From contig NC_086097.1 of NCBI RefSeq assembly GCF_963921235.1, positions 11,222,001 to 11,286,000 of the forward strand: a DNA stretch of 64,000 nt, given 5' to 3'. The position numbers and the translations under genes were made by a program. The notes under the pieces were generated by a model, which saw only the letters and a list, made by a program, of their open reading frames with translations, did no database searches and was not told where the DNA came from. The stretch comes from Mobula hypostoma. Lineage: Eukaryota. Positions 63,338-64,000 of the stretch are shown here, piece by piece; the first letter of the stretch is position 1, and the number at the start of each line of letters is the position of its first letter.

Positions 63338-63750
63338 GGAGCAACACACACAAAATGCTGGAGGAACTCAGCAAGTCAGGCAGCATCTACGGAGAGGAAT
63401 AAACGGTTGACGTTTTGGACCAAGACCCTTCTTCAGGGCTGGAAAGGAAGGGGAAATAAGCCAGAATAAGAAGGTGGGGGGAGGGGATATAAACTGGCAA
63501 ATTATAGGTGAAACCAGGTGAGGGAGAAGGTGCATGTGTTGGGGAGGGGGGATGAAGTAAGAAGTCGGAAGGCGATAGGTGGAAAAGGCGAAGGGCTGAA
63601 GAAAAAGTAATCTGATAGGAGAAGACAATGGACCATGGAAGAAAGGGAAGGGGGTAGGGCACAAGAGATGGGCAGGCGAGGAGAAGAGAAGGGTGAGGGG
63701 AGAACCAGAATGGGGAGTGGAAAATGAGAGAAGGGAGAGGGGGGAGAAAT
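63338..63750 (-). mobile_element. Penelope-like terminal fragment
   Basis: The minus strand reads ccagccCTGAAGAagggtcttggtccAAAAcgtcaaccg...gatgctgcctgacttgctgagttcctccagcattttgtgtgtg. Confidence 0.7.
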
Positions 63751-64000
63751 CCAATCACACCCCCTGCTGATCAGAGGTTGTTCTATCGTGGTCTCACTAA
63801 CTCATTAGTCATCTGCAGGTTACTCTAGCAAAGCCCCTGAATGCTAAATTTTGCAACCTACATAAATTAAAATCTAAGTAATAGAACCAAATGCAAAGAT
63901 CAAGACCTAATGTTCATCTATAAAATGTTGTCATTTAAATTAGTTTGGCATAGGAATAAGTAGTATTTATTGCAGACATCCCAACCTGCAAAAACTCATT

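Noticed and set aside
1..64000. CRISPR arrays, operons, rRNA, prophage or endogenous viral genes
   Set aside because: No regularly spaced repeat-spacer array, no dense gene packing and no viral motifs were seen. The content is vertebrate retroelement-rich DNA.

Overview
Eukaryotic, repeat-saturated vertebrate DNA. The mix of repeat families (HE1-like V-SINEs, abundant CR1 LINEs, DeuSINE and MetaSINE remnants, Rex/Babar, RTE, Penelope termini) points by inference to a cartilaginous fish, probably a ray. Only one host coding exon is recognisable: a 167-nt minus-strand exon (61697-61863) encoding a leucine-rich-repeat segment of a divergent PPP1R37-like protein. Nearly all other ORFs in the track are transposon fragments or their antisense frames. 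Well-defined elements are a young CR1 with a single stop codon, an L1 with a twin-priming 5' inversion and a 14-bp target-site duplication (TSD), a HERO-type fragment with a 22-bp TSD, four solo LTRs with TSDs, a decayed full-length hAT with an 8-bp TSD, Tc1/mariner derivatives carrying internal extra TIRs, and Penelope termini with decayed minimal hammerhead motifs. I found no unambiguous new biological system. The best candidates are a multi-copy composite Tc1-like element whose two mini-palindromes carry captured DNA including a LINE tail, a mariner fold-back element, and several short local duplications spanning TE junctions. Coordinates of decayed repeats are approximate. Family names come from recalled motifs, not from database searches.
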